Source: Oscillospiraceae bacterium | GTDB taxonomy: Bacteria; Bacillota; Clostridia; Oscillospirales; UBA929 | NCBI GenBank assembly: GCA_031550755.1 | Contig: JAVBOJ010000131.1 | Coordinates: forward strand, 1-33,367 | Direction: 5' to 3' | DNA length: 33,367 nucleotides | In this document: positions 19,369 through 27,339 of the stretch, in pieces | Numbering within the stretch: the stretch's first letter is position 1 | How the letters are laid out: each line of letters opens with the position of its first letter | Program-made: the position numbers and the translations under genes | Notes under the pieces: model-generated | Told to the model about the DNA's origin: nothing | Seen by the model: the letters and a program-made list of their open reading frames with translations, nothing else | The model's database searches: none

Positions 19369-20094
19369 ATGGAGATGAATGTTTGGAAACACGAGATACA
19401 GTGCCCGGTCTGCTTTGAGGAAAAATGCAAAAAAGACGAGTACAAGAAAGACGACTACTGCGACTGCAAAAAAGACGAGTATAAAAAAGACGACTATTGT
19501 GATTGCAAAAAAGACGATCGCTGGGACGACAAAAAAGACGATCGCCGGGACGAGAAAAAAGAAACCTACTTCAAATGCGAGTGCGAATGCAAAAAAGAAG
19601 ACAAGAAAGACGATTGCCGCGACGGCAAGAAGGACGATTTCCGCGACGAGAAGAAAGACGATTTCCGCGACGACAAAAAGGACGACGACAAAAAAGACGA
19701 CAAGCGCTATTGCGACAACTGCCCGAAAAAACATGTGCACGAATTTCTCGGCAGTGTCAAGCTGGCTGAAAAGGGCTGCGACCGCCACAATCATCGCTTT
19801 GCCGGCGTGACCAGTGAAGCTGTCAAGCTGCCCTGCGGCGACCACTTCCATTACATCAAAACCGAGACCGATTATTTTGACGGCCATTTCCACAAAATCT
19901 GCGACAGAACGTCCGGCGCGATCGAAGTCGGCTGCGGCAAGCATGTCCACTTTGTCTATGGCGAAACCTCCTGCAACGACGGACACGAGCATTGCTACGT
20001 CTTCGCCACCCTCATTGAGGATCCGCTGGAGGTCAAGGTGGAGTACGTCCGCCGCGAAATCCCCTGCTGCGAGAACGGGTATAAAAAAGACTAA
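19369..20094 (+). CDS. YmaF-family His/Cys-rich protein with an N-terminal Lys/Asp/Cys repeat region (probably spore-associated)
   Basis: HVHEFLGS, HNHRFAGVT, DYFDGHFH, KHVHFV, NDGHEH motifs of YmaF; KKDEYKKDDYCDC x2 and KKDDxRDx repeats. Confidence 0.8.
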   Translation: MEMNVWKHEIQCPVCFEEKCKKDEYKKDDYCDCKKDEYKKDDYCDCKKDDRWDDKKDDRRDEKKETYFKCECECKKEDKKDDCRDGKKDDFRDEKKDDFRDDKKDDDKKDDKRYCDNCPKKHVHEFLGSVKLAEKGCDRHNHRFAGVTSEAVKLPCGDHFHYIKTETDYFDGHFHKICDRTSGAIEVGCGKHVHFVYGETSCNDGHEHCYVFATLIEDPLEVKVEYVRREIPCCENGYKKD

Positions 20095-20120
20095 AAGCAC
20101 CTCGCCGGGTGCGCATGAAG

Positions 20121-20166
20121 CGAACGGGAGGGGCGGCCTATGGCCGCCCCTCCCGTTCGATTTTTT
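20121..20166. terminator. Terminator between the convergent ymaF-like and spoVB-like genes
   Basis: 18 bp perfect stem CGAACGGGAGGGGCGGCC-tat-GGCCGCCCCTCCCGTTCG followed by ATTTTTT. Confidence 0.85.
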
Positions 20167-20202
20167 ATGGACGGAGGGTTGAGACTTGTAGGCGGCGCCC
20201 CC

Positions 20203-21537
20203 CTACAAGGATTCCGCCTTCAGGCCCTGCCGCACATCCATGGCGCACAGCGCCGCGCCCGCGATGGACGATACCAAATGCGCCCAGCCGAAGCCCGCCA
20301 GACGGACGCTCGGCATGGCGGTCAATACCCATGTGAGGCAAAGCTGAATGATGCCGGCGGCAATCAAATTGCCGGCGGCGCGTTTGATTTTGCCCATGCC
20401 CGAGAGCAGGTTGGCCAGCATCCCCTCATAACAGCCGAACACCGTGCCGATGCAAAGCAGCAGCATATGCGCGCCGGCCTCCGGCTGGCGGTAGACCGCC
20501 ACGGCCAGTTTTTCCCCGAACAGCGCCATGAGCGTCATGGTCAGCAGCACGCCGATTGTGGTGACCTTTACGGTCTGCCGCACCCGGCGGCGCATGGAAT
20601 CCAGATCGCGCCGGGCGGCGTCCTCGGTCAGCCGCGGCACCACCACCAGACCCAATGCCCCCAAAAACACGGTGGGCAGCGCAATGAGCGGCAGCGTCAT
20701 GCCCATCAGCACGCCGAAGGAGGAAAGCGCCTCGGCCGGCGACAGGCCCGACGCCGTCAGCCGCGCGGGAATCATGACGGCGTTGGCCGAGCCCAACAGG
20801 TTTTGGGTCAGGCTGGAGGCCGCCATCGGCAGGGCAAACGCCGCCATTTGGGAGGCCATGACGCGCGGCGGGAGACCGCGTCCGGCTTCGATGGTCGATT
20901 GCCGTTCGCGGCGGTAAAAAAAACGCAGCAGGAGACAGCTTGCGACTTCGCAGACAATCATGCCGCAAACCACCAGCCCGACCGACAGCTCCTCGTATTT
21001 GGGCCGCAAAAAATACAAAAGCCCCAGCACCGCCACCGTGCGCACGCAGATTTCCACCGTTTCGGACAGCGCCGGGATGCCCACCCGCTTGAGGCCGTAG
21101 AAATGGTTTTTGTGAATATTTTCAATACCCGTCAGAAAAATACAGGGCAGCAGGAGCAACAGCCCCATGCGGGTGCGGGCGTCGCCCAGAATATGCACCG
21201 AAATGGCGTCGGACAGCGGCACGACCGGAATCGACACAAGGACAAAAACGCCCAGCAGCAGGATACACGCCCGGCGGACAAGCTGGAATACCGAGCGGGT
21301 TTCGCCCAGCGCGGCATATTGGGAGGACAGCCGCGACACCGAGACCGAGAGCCCCACCGATACGACCGACATCAACACCGAATAGACCGACATGACCAGC
21401 GAAAAAAGACCCATGCCCGCACCGCCCAGGAACCGGCTGAGCCCCACCCGGTATAAAAACCCGATGAGCTGGGAAAACAGGCTGGTCATGGTGAGCAGCG
21501 CCGCGCCAAACGCGGCCGATCGGGTATTGAACTTCAC
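20203..21537 (-). CDS. MOP-superfamily polysaccharide/lipid II flippase, SpoVB-like
   Basis: LIGFLYRVGLSRFLGGAGMGLFSL, GLSVSVSRLSS, FALPMA, FGVLMGMTLPL are SpoVB-like; GTG 21537 after GGGGAGG. Confidence 0.85.
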   Translation of the reverse strand: MKFNTRSAAFGAALLTMTSLFSQLIGFLYRVGLSRFLGGAGMGLFSLVMSVYSVLMSVVSVGLSVSVSRLSSQYAALGETRSVFQLVRRACILLLGVFVLVSIPVVPLSDAISVHILGDARTRMGLLLLLPCIFLTGIENIHKNHFYGLKRVGIPALSETVEICVRTVAVLGLLYFLRPKYEELSVGLVVCGMIVCEVASCLLLRFFYRRERQSTIEAGRGLPPRVMASQMAAFALPMAASSLTQNLLGSANAVMIPARLTASGLSPAEALSSFGVLMGMTLPLIALPTVFLGALGLVVVPRLTEDAARRDLDSMRRRVRQTVKVTTIGVLLTMTLMALFGEKLAVAVYRQPEAGAHMLLLCIGTVFGCYEGMLANLLSGMGKIKRAAGNLIAAGIIQLCLTWVLTAMPSVRLAGFGWAHLVSSIAGAALCAMDVRQGLKAESL

Positions 21538-21700
21538 GGGACAATCCTCCCCTATTGCTATTTGTACAAGGTATTCCGAAGGGGGGGCTTGTATGCCGTG
21601 GGGATGGGAATATGTAGGGGACGCCGCCTTTTCACGTTGCGTGCAGCGTTCACGCCGCGCGGAGTCCCGCCGCGGCGTCGTATCGTTTTTTGACAGACGG

Positions 21701-21736
21701 ACAAAAAGGGGAAGCCCACCGGCTTCCCCTTTTTGT
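21701..21736 (-). terminator. Terminator of the fliD-fliS operon (symmetric, can act on both strands)
   Basis: ACAAAAAGGGGAAGCC-cacc-GGCTTCCCCTTTTTGT. Confidence 0.85.
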
Positions 21737-21777
21737 AACACGACGAACACCCCCATGTTCGTCCCGTCGATTGACCG

Positions 21778-22194
21778 TCACTCCCTGCGGTCAAAATACA
21801 CGGCGCCAACGTTCTGCGCGTGTCCATCGTAGCCCGCGCCGGCACGCCGGCCCTGGGCGATCTTTTTCATGTTGCCCTGCAAGTCGTCCATCTGGCGGCG
21901 CACCAGCCGCTCGTTTTGCAGATCTGCCTCGCGGATTTTGTCGATGAGGTCGTTGATCTCAATGGACAGACGGGGATCGGAGTCCAGCCGGCGAGGATGG
22001 TCGCGCAGGCGTTTTTGTACCTCCTCCAGCTCGTCGAGAACCTCCTGCCGATTGTCAATGTTTTCCATCAGGCCGTCCACATCCTCGGACTCAATAAAGG
22101 CCTTCTGGGCAATGCTGAGGGACAAAAGCTGCTCCAGCAGGGAGACCTTCTCCGTTTGGAGCGTCCGGAAAAGCGGTACGACCATTGCGTTCAT
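21778..22194 (-). CDS. FlgN/FliT-like flagellar export chaperone
   Basis: All-helical; LLEQLLSLSIAQKAFI...LMENIDNRQEVL; ends GY...AVYFDRRE; overlaps the fliS stop. Confidence 0.65.
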   Translation of the reverse strand: MNAMVVPLFRTLQTEKVSLLEQLLSLSIAQKAFIESEDVDGLMENIDNRQEVLDELEEVQKRLRDHPRRLDSDPRLSIEINDLIDKIREADLQNERLVRRQMDDLQGNMKKIAQGRRAGAGYDGHAQNVGAVYFDRRE

Positions 22195-22604
22195 ATAACA
22201 CTCCCCGTTCCCATAACCTGTTGGCGGTTGATGCGAATGGCCTGCTGCCATGTATCGCGCATATCGGTGACCAGCTCGATGAGAATATCGGTGCGGGCGG
22301 CGTCCTTTTTGATATTGGCCTCGGCCATTTCGGCCAGCAGATAACGGTAAATTTCAAAGAGCTGGTTTGACACCTCGTACTGCATATCCAGCGTGCGTTG
22401 GAGCTCGGCGACAATGGCCTGGGCTTTTTGAAACATCTCATGGGCTTTTTCCATGCTGTGGTCGTTGAGATACATCCGCGCCAGCTTGAGATTTTTCAGG
22501 CATCCGTCATAGAGCATCAGGGTCAGCTCGCCGGGACTGGCGGTCATGGCGTTGTTTTGGCGGTAGGCATTGGTTTTGTTTTGCATATTGGCATAAGCAA
22601 CCAT
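22191..22604 (-). CDS. fliS: Flagellar export chaperone FliS
   Basis: NAYRQN, TASPGELTLMLYDG, KAQAIVAELQRTLDM, DMRDTWQQ. Confidence 0.93.
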   Translation of the reverse strand: MVAYANMQNKTNAYRQNNAMTASPGELTLMLYDGCLKNLKLARMYLNDHSMEKAHEMFQKAQAIVAELQRTLDMQYEVSNQLFEIYRYLLAEMAEANIKKDAARTDILIELVTDMRDTWQQAIRINRQQVMGTGSVI

Positions 22605-22643
22605 AGTTTATTTCCTCCGAACGTTGGAAAGATTTCAATTTAC

Positions 22644-24398
22644 TCAGGAACCGCTCAACATCCCGGTCAGCGAGCTGCTCTGGCTTTGCATTTTGGCCAG
22701 CGCCGTCTCCATGGCGGTAAACTGCTTGTAATACCGCTCCTGCTGGGTGGACAGCCGGTTGAGTTCGGTTTTCATGCTGGATTCATATTTGGAGATGGTT
22801 TCGCCGAGCAGCTTGAGGTTGACATCCTTGGTCGTGGACGTAAACGAATCAAAGGCCGAGGTCAGGCGGTACATCAGGCCGGACTTTTGGGTGTCCAGCG
22901 TGCCGTCCTCTTTTTCCACCCGGTTGGTGAACAGCTTCATCACCTTGTCAGGATCGGATTCCAGCGCGGCGCGCAGCTTGGCCTCATCGATCTCGATGGT
23001 GGAGGCCGACTGGTACTTGTATACCGAGGAGGAAATGCCGATTTTCTCCAGCGTTCCGTAGTCGCCGACGGCGTCGGAAAATGCCCGGCGGGCGGTATTG
23101 ATGAGACTGTCCAGCGCCGAGTCGCGCCGCAGGAGTCCGCTCTTGGCCTTGGCCTCCCAGAGGGCGATTTCGGTTTCCTTGAGATCTTTTTTCTGGTCGT
23201 CGGTGAGCGGCACGTAACTGTAGTTTTTCTTTTCGGTAACCTTCCCATACAGCCCGTCGATCAGGGAATTATAGGCCGTGACGAGATTTTTAACCGCCGC
23301 CACCGAGGATTCCACATCGCGCGCCACGGTGTAGTTTACCGGCGCTGTCGTCTCGCGCTGTAGGGCGAAGGTCACGCCGTCCACCTCGAAATTGTTGGTG
23401 CTGCGGACAACGTCCTCGCCGTTGATTTTGACATGCGCGTCCCGGCCCTGCTGCACCGTCGCGCCGTTCATGCCGAGCTTTCCGAGCACGCCGGAGGTAT
23501 CGGTCACGTTGAGCGAACGTTGCGCGTTTGTATCATAGGCGGATTTGTCAATGTTGTATTGCTTTACCAGCTCGCCGTGCGCCTTGTCATAGGCCGTGCG
23601 CTCGGCGCTGTGGGCGTCCTGATAGGCCTTGAACTCCTGCTGATACTGGGTGTAGGCGTCCTTTTCGGCCTGTGTGGTGCCCTCGGCGGGCTCCTCCATG
23701 GCGTCCGGCAGCGCGACGGCGCCCGAATAGACGAAATCATAGGTCGGCTTTGTCGGCTCGGTCAGGCTAGGGTCGTACGCGCCCATGACCTTGCTCTCGA
23801 TGGTCAGCTTGTCGCCCAGCTGGGTATATTTCATGGTCACGCCGGCGTCCGAGGCGTTGACCGTATCCATCATTTTACGCAGGGTATCGGTGGATTGGAA
23901 GGTAAAGTCTTTTCCGTTGATGGAAAATTTAATCTCACCGGAATCAATTTTTCCGGCGGTCAGCCCCGCGATGCTCTCCAGCGCGGTATTGTTGACCGTG
24001 GTGGTGGTCAGTCCCGTCCCCGAGGCGGTGACGCCGGCTCCGGTCATCTTGCTGCCCGTGGCCAGCTGGGAAACCTCCAGCGTATAGCTCCCGGCCTGGG
24101 CCGTGGCATTGGCCGTGACATTGGCCACGCCGGCCTCCGACGCCGTCACCGTAAAGTTTTTATAGGTGGCGGACGAGAGCATATTGTTTTTGGTGGACAA
24201 AAAACTGGCGTATTCGTCCTTGAACTTGCGCAGGAGGTTGTTGACCTCGGTGTAAGCGTCGCGTTTCCACTCGGCCTTCACCTTGTTTTGATATATTTTG
24301 TCATATTTCATCTGCTGAACCTTCATCAGGTTCTGCACGATGGAATCCGTATCCAAGCCGGAGTTGAGACCCGACAAACGGTTGAGATTGACGGCCAT
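22644..24398 (-). CDS. fliD: Flagellar filament capping protein FliD (584 aa)
   Basis: RLSGLNSGLDTDSIVQNLMK, WKRDAY, VTAYNSLI, YVPLTDDQKK, WEAKAKSGLLRRD, RYYKQFTAMETALAKMQSQ; ATG 24398 after AAAGGAGG. Confidence 0.95.
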   Translation of the reverse strand: MAVNLNRLSGLNSGLDTDSIVQNLMKVQQMKYDKIYQNKVKAEWKRDAYTEVNNLLRKFKDEYASFLSTKNNMLSSATYKNFTVTASEAGVANVTANATAQAGSYTLEVSQLATGSKMTGAGVTASGTGLTTTTVNNTALESIAGLTAGKIDSGEIKFSINGKDFTFQSTDTLRKMMDTVNASDAGVTMKYTQLGDKLTIESKVMGAYDPSLTEPTKPTYDFVYSGAVALPDAMEEPAEGTTQAEKDAYTQYQQEFKAYQDAHSAERTAYDKAHGELVKQYNIDKSAYDTNAQRSLNVTDTSGVLGKLGMNGATVQQGRDAHVKINGEDVVRSTNNFEVDGVTFALQRETTAPVNYTVARDVESSVAAVKNLVTAYNSLIDGLYGKVTEKKNYSYVPLTDDQKKDLKETEIALWEAKAKSGLLRRDSALDSLINTARRAFSDAVGDYGTLEKIGISSSVYKYQSASTIEIDEAKLRAALESDPDKVMKLFTNRVEKEDGTLDTQKSGLMYRLTSAFDSFTSTTKDVNLKLLGETISKYESSMKTELNRLSTQQERYYKQFTAMETALAKMQSQSSSLTGMLSGS

Positions 24399-24441
24399 GA
24401 CGATTCCTCCTTTGTGCGGGGTGATTTGCGCTTCATAGATA

Positions 24442-24468
24442 ATATCGTGTCTTTTTCCGTCATCTTTA
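24442..24468 (-). promoter_or_regulatory. Sigma-28 (SigD/FliA) promoter for fliD
   Basis: TAAA (24468-24465), 15 bp spacer, CACGATAT (24449-24442); consensus TAAA-N15-GCCGATAA. Confidence 0.75.
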
Positions 24469-24488
24469 GTCATCGTCGTCGGATCGGC

Positions 24489-24536
24489 AAAAAAAACCGG
24501 CGGATGAAATGTTTTCATCCGCCGGGGGGTATTTTT
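24489..24536 (-). terminator. Terminator after the glyoxalase gene
   Basis: CCGGCGGATGAAA-loop-TTTCATCCGCCGG followed by T8 on the minus strand. Confidence 0.85.
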
Positions 24537-24571
24537 ATGGACGGTGGCCGGGGGATTGAGCCGACCGGGGA

Positions 24572-24940
24572 TCATCTTTCCGGCACAATTTCCAGCCAAT
24601 ACCCGTCCGGGTCGGCGATGAAATACAGCCCCATGGCTTCGTTTTCGTAGCAGATGCAACCCATTTGCGCGTGCAGGGCGTGGGCGGCGGCGTAGTCGTC
24701 CACGGAGAAGCACAGGTGGATTTCGTTGTCGCCCAAATTGTACGGCGTGTCGCGGTCGCGCAGCCAGGTCAGCTCGATTTCGTGCGCACCGGACGGCCCG
24801 CGCAGAAAGACCAGCACAAACGAGCCGTCGGCGGCCTGCTTGCGGGCGATTTCCGCAAAGCCTAGGGCCTGCTTGTAAAACGCGACGCTTCTGTCGAGAT
24901 CGAACACATTGAAATTGTTGTGCCGTGCCGTAAAAATCAT
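24572..24940 (-). CDS. VOC-family protein, lactoylglutathione lyase (glyoxalase I)-like
   Basis: HNNFNVFDLDRSVAFY, EIELTW, YNLGDNEIHLCF, LYFIADPDGYWLEI. Confidence 0.9.
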   Translation of the reverse strand: MIFTARHNNFNVFDLDRSVAFYKQALGFAEIARKQAADGSFVLVFLRGPSGAHEIELTWLRDRDTPYNLGDNEIHLCFSVDDYAAAHALHAQMGCICYENEAMGLYFIADPDGYWLEIVPER

Positions 24941-24955
24941 AACTTTTCCTCTTTT

Positions 24956-27016
24956 CTATACGTTTTCCGCCCAGACCATCGGCCGCACGCCGGCCGGCTC
25001 GGCCGCGTCCTGAAACAGCACCGACCCGTCGGGCATCAGCACCCGCACCATGGCGGCGTTGGAGCCCATCGGCGTCTCGAGAAAACAGGGCACGGCGCAC
25101 CGCCACGCGGGATTGTTCGCATATTGCGCCAAAATCTCCAGCCCGGGCAAAAACACCCGGTCGGTTACCGTCTCAAACGGCGCACCGCTGTAGACATAGG
25201 CCGGCTCGTCGGCCCGGAAGGAAAACGGCAGATAGCGCGTCCCGCCCTCCGCGTCCTTGCGGTCAACATCGGACAAAAACACCCGGCGGGTCGTCTCACG
25301 CGCCACCGGCAGCGGCAGGGCGTTGAGATACGAGCGCAAAAAGCTGTCCCGCCAGCGGTTTCCGCCGAACCGGCCGCGCTGGGCGTTGGGCTCGGCGGCG
25401 TCGGGCGGATCAAACGGGAGCAGCCCCAGCGGCTCCTTGCACAGCAGAAGCGCAGCGCCGTCGCGCCGCTCCAGCACGAGCCAGCGCACCGGCTGACCCT
25501 GATACCGCCCCCAGACGACCTCCTCGGGGCTCTGTCCGAAGGCGAAGAGGCCCACAATCAGCAATAGGGCGGCGGCTCCGGCGGCGTAAACCGGCCAGCG
25601 GCGCGTCCACGCCCGGCGCACAGGTGCCCGCAGGGCGCTCACCAGTCCGCCCAAAAGACTCAACAGCAGCAGGTCAAAGATCTGATTGAAGCCGTACATA
25701 TGCTTTTGGAGATCGCTTTCGCCGTTGAGGACGACCGGCGCGCCCAGCTGATAGGCCGCGCAGAGGAGAAGGCAGAGCAGCGCCGCCCCGGCGCGGCGGC
25801 GGTTTGTTTTCCACAAAAACACGACCACCCCGACCGAGACGGCAAACACGCACAAGACAAACAGCGGGTCGGTCAGACCCAGCCCCACCCGGGTGTCCTC
25901 CCACAGCGTAAACCGGTGGGATTGCTCGGCGCGCGGATGGGTTTCCCCAAAATTGCCGAGATAGACCGGGCGCAGATAGGCGCTCTGGCGGCAGGAGACG
26001 GCCAGCTTGCGAGCCAGGCGCGACGGATGGGTGAGATAATAGCCCGCGACGGTCAGGCGGGTGGTTTTGTCATAAAAGCCGGCCTCAAACTCCGCCGAGT
26101 GCACGTCGAGCGGATAGTCGGACTGATAGCCGTGGGTGCCGGCCAGCGGGGCGTATTCATACGACAGCCCCATCTGGTTGAGCGCCTCGGCGGGATGGGG
26201 GTAGTCCTTGAGCACGCCGAAAAACACCGACTGATAGGTCGTCACCCGATCCATCCACGGCGGCACGGCGGTGTACAGCAGAACCCCGCCCAGAAGCGAC
26301 AACGCGCACGAAGCCCCCGCGACGACCTTGCGGCGGGTCTGCCCCGTCCAGAACAGCAGCGCCGGAACGCTGAGCGGCAGCAGCAGCGGCAGATTGGCGG
26401 TCTTGGCGCCGCAGAACAAAAAGACCGCCAGGAAGTACAGGGCGATCCAGCCCGGGCGTTTGCTCCTCAGCGCGCGAAAAAACAGCCCGAAGGCCAAGAG
26501 AAAGGTCACAAATTGAAACGGCTCGCCGTAAAACGAGCGGAAATAGAGCAGATTCCCCTCGTCACAGACCACGAGCAGCAGCGCCACCGCCGCCAGAATT
26601 TGCATCCACAGCGGCCGCCCGGCCAGCGCCGACAGCACAAGATACACCCCCAGCCCCATCAGCACAAGGTAGATTCCGGCGAGAAAGCCCAGACTGTACC
26701 GCGTCGGCGGCTGCCCCGAGACGGCGTTCCACGCGGCGCTCAGCCACTTGGACAGCGCCACGGCGGGCAGATGGGTGGAGACATAGGCCGGCGCGTCGGA
26801 CGCGGGCGAGGGGGACATCTCATAGAGGTCGTGGAAATTATAGTGCGTCCGAAGCGGGTCGGCGTCGGCGGGATAGGCGATGCCGGCGTTTTTGAGGACG
26901 CGGTTGAAGTCGCCGTTGTCGGCCAGCCCGCGCGGCTCCCCGGCAAACAGCACCATCACGCCGAGAAAGACGGCGAAGCACGCCGCCAAAAACGGAATCC
27001 CGCGCAATTTGGACAT
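24956..27016 (-). CDS. Polytopic membrane protein, WsfD-like putative GT-C glycosyltransferase, with a C-terminal DUF6273-like domain
   Basis: GLADNGDFNRV, YFRSFYGEP, YQSVFFGVL and GESDLQKH recall WsfD; C-terminal GRYQGQPVRWLVL...WRDSFLRSYLN...DRVFLP...GVRPMVW recalls DUF6273. Confidence 0.7.
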   Translation of the reverse strand: MSKLRGIPFLAACFAVFLGVMVLFAGEPRGLADNGDFNRVLKNAGIAYPADADPLRTHYNFHDLYEMSPSPASDAPAYVSTHLPAVALSKWLSAAWNAVSGQPPTRYSLGFLAGIYLVLMGLGVYLVLSALAGRPLWMQILAAVALLLVVCDEGNLLYFRSFYGEPFQFVTFLLAFGLFFRALRSKRPGWIALYFLAVFLFCGAKTANLPLLLPLSVPALLFWTGQTRRKVVAGASCALSLLGGVLLYTAVPPWMDRVTTYQSVFFGVLKDYPHPAEALNQMGLSYEYAPLAGTHGYQSDYPLDVHSAEFEAGFYDKTTRLTVAGYYLTHPSRLARKLAVSCRQSAYLRPVYLGNFGETHPRAEQSHRFTLWEDTRVGLGLTDPLFVLCVFAVSVGVVVFLWKTNRRRAGAALLCLLLCAAYQLGAPVVLNGESDLQKHMYGFNQIFDLLLLSLLGGLVSALRAPVRRAWTRRWPVYAAGAAALLLIVGLFAFGQSPEEVVWGRYQGQPVRWLVLERRDGAALLLCKEPLGLLPFDPPDAAEPNAQRGRFGGNRWRDSFLRSYLNALPLPVARETTRRVFLSDVDRKDAEGGTRYLPFSFRADEPAYVYSGAPFETVTDRVFLPGLEILAQYANNPAWRCAVPCFLETPMGSNAAMVRVLMPDGSVLFQDAAEPAGVRPMVWAENV

Positions 27017-27038
27017 GGGCTCGCCTCCTCACTGGGAA

Positions 27039-27067
27039 AGTGTAGCGTATTTTGACGGGAGTGTCAA
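27039..27067 (-). promoter_or_regulatory. Sigma-A promoter for the wsfD-like/glyoxalase pair
   Basis: TTGACA (27067-27062), 17 bp spacer, TACACT (27044-27039); GAGGAGG RBS follows. Confidence 0.75.
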
Positions 27068-27086
27068 GGATGGCACTGTTTTTCAT

Positions 27087-27238
27087 GGACGAGGGCGTGA
27101 CTTTCTTTGGTCGTGCGAAAGAAAGTCACCAAAGAAAGCACGCTTGGGGGCTCTATCCGCCCCCAAGTCCCCCCGGTACTTCCTCGAGGATTGCATCCCC
27201 CGTCTCGGTCTGCGGCCCTGCGGGCCTCGCCGAGCCGG
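27087..27238 (+). repeat. Structured dispersed repeat family A, copy 2
   Basis: Aligns with 11216-11366 with compensatory stem changes; lies between two divergent promoters. Confidence 0.8.
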
Positions 27239-27284
27239 AAGCGCGTATGCCCCGGGCAGGCAACGTTGCAAACAGGAGCCCTCC

Positions 27285-27314
27285 TTGACAAGCTCCCCTG
27301 TTTCAGCGTATAGT
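27285..27314 (+). promoter_or_regulatory. Sigma-A promoter for ilvBN
   Basis: TTGACA (27285-27290), 18 bp spacer, TATAGT (27309-27314). Confidence 0.7.
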
Positions 27315-27339
27315 CAACTATTGAAAGGAAGTGTGTCCC

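Noticed and set aside
19430-19705. Tandem repeats as a CRISPR array
   Set aside because: Units are in-frame coding repeats (24 and 39 bp) with no unique spacers, and no cas genes are present.
24399-25106. N-terminal extension making FliD 820 aa in the ORF track
   Set aside because: It runs through the glyoxalase gene, a terminator and the sigma-28 promoter; the real start is ATG 24398 with a strong RBS.
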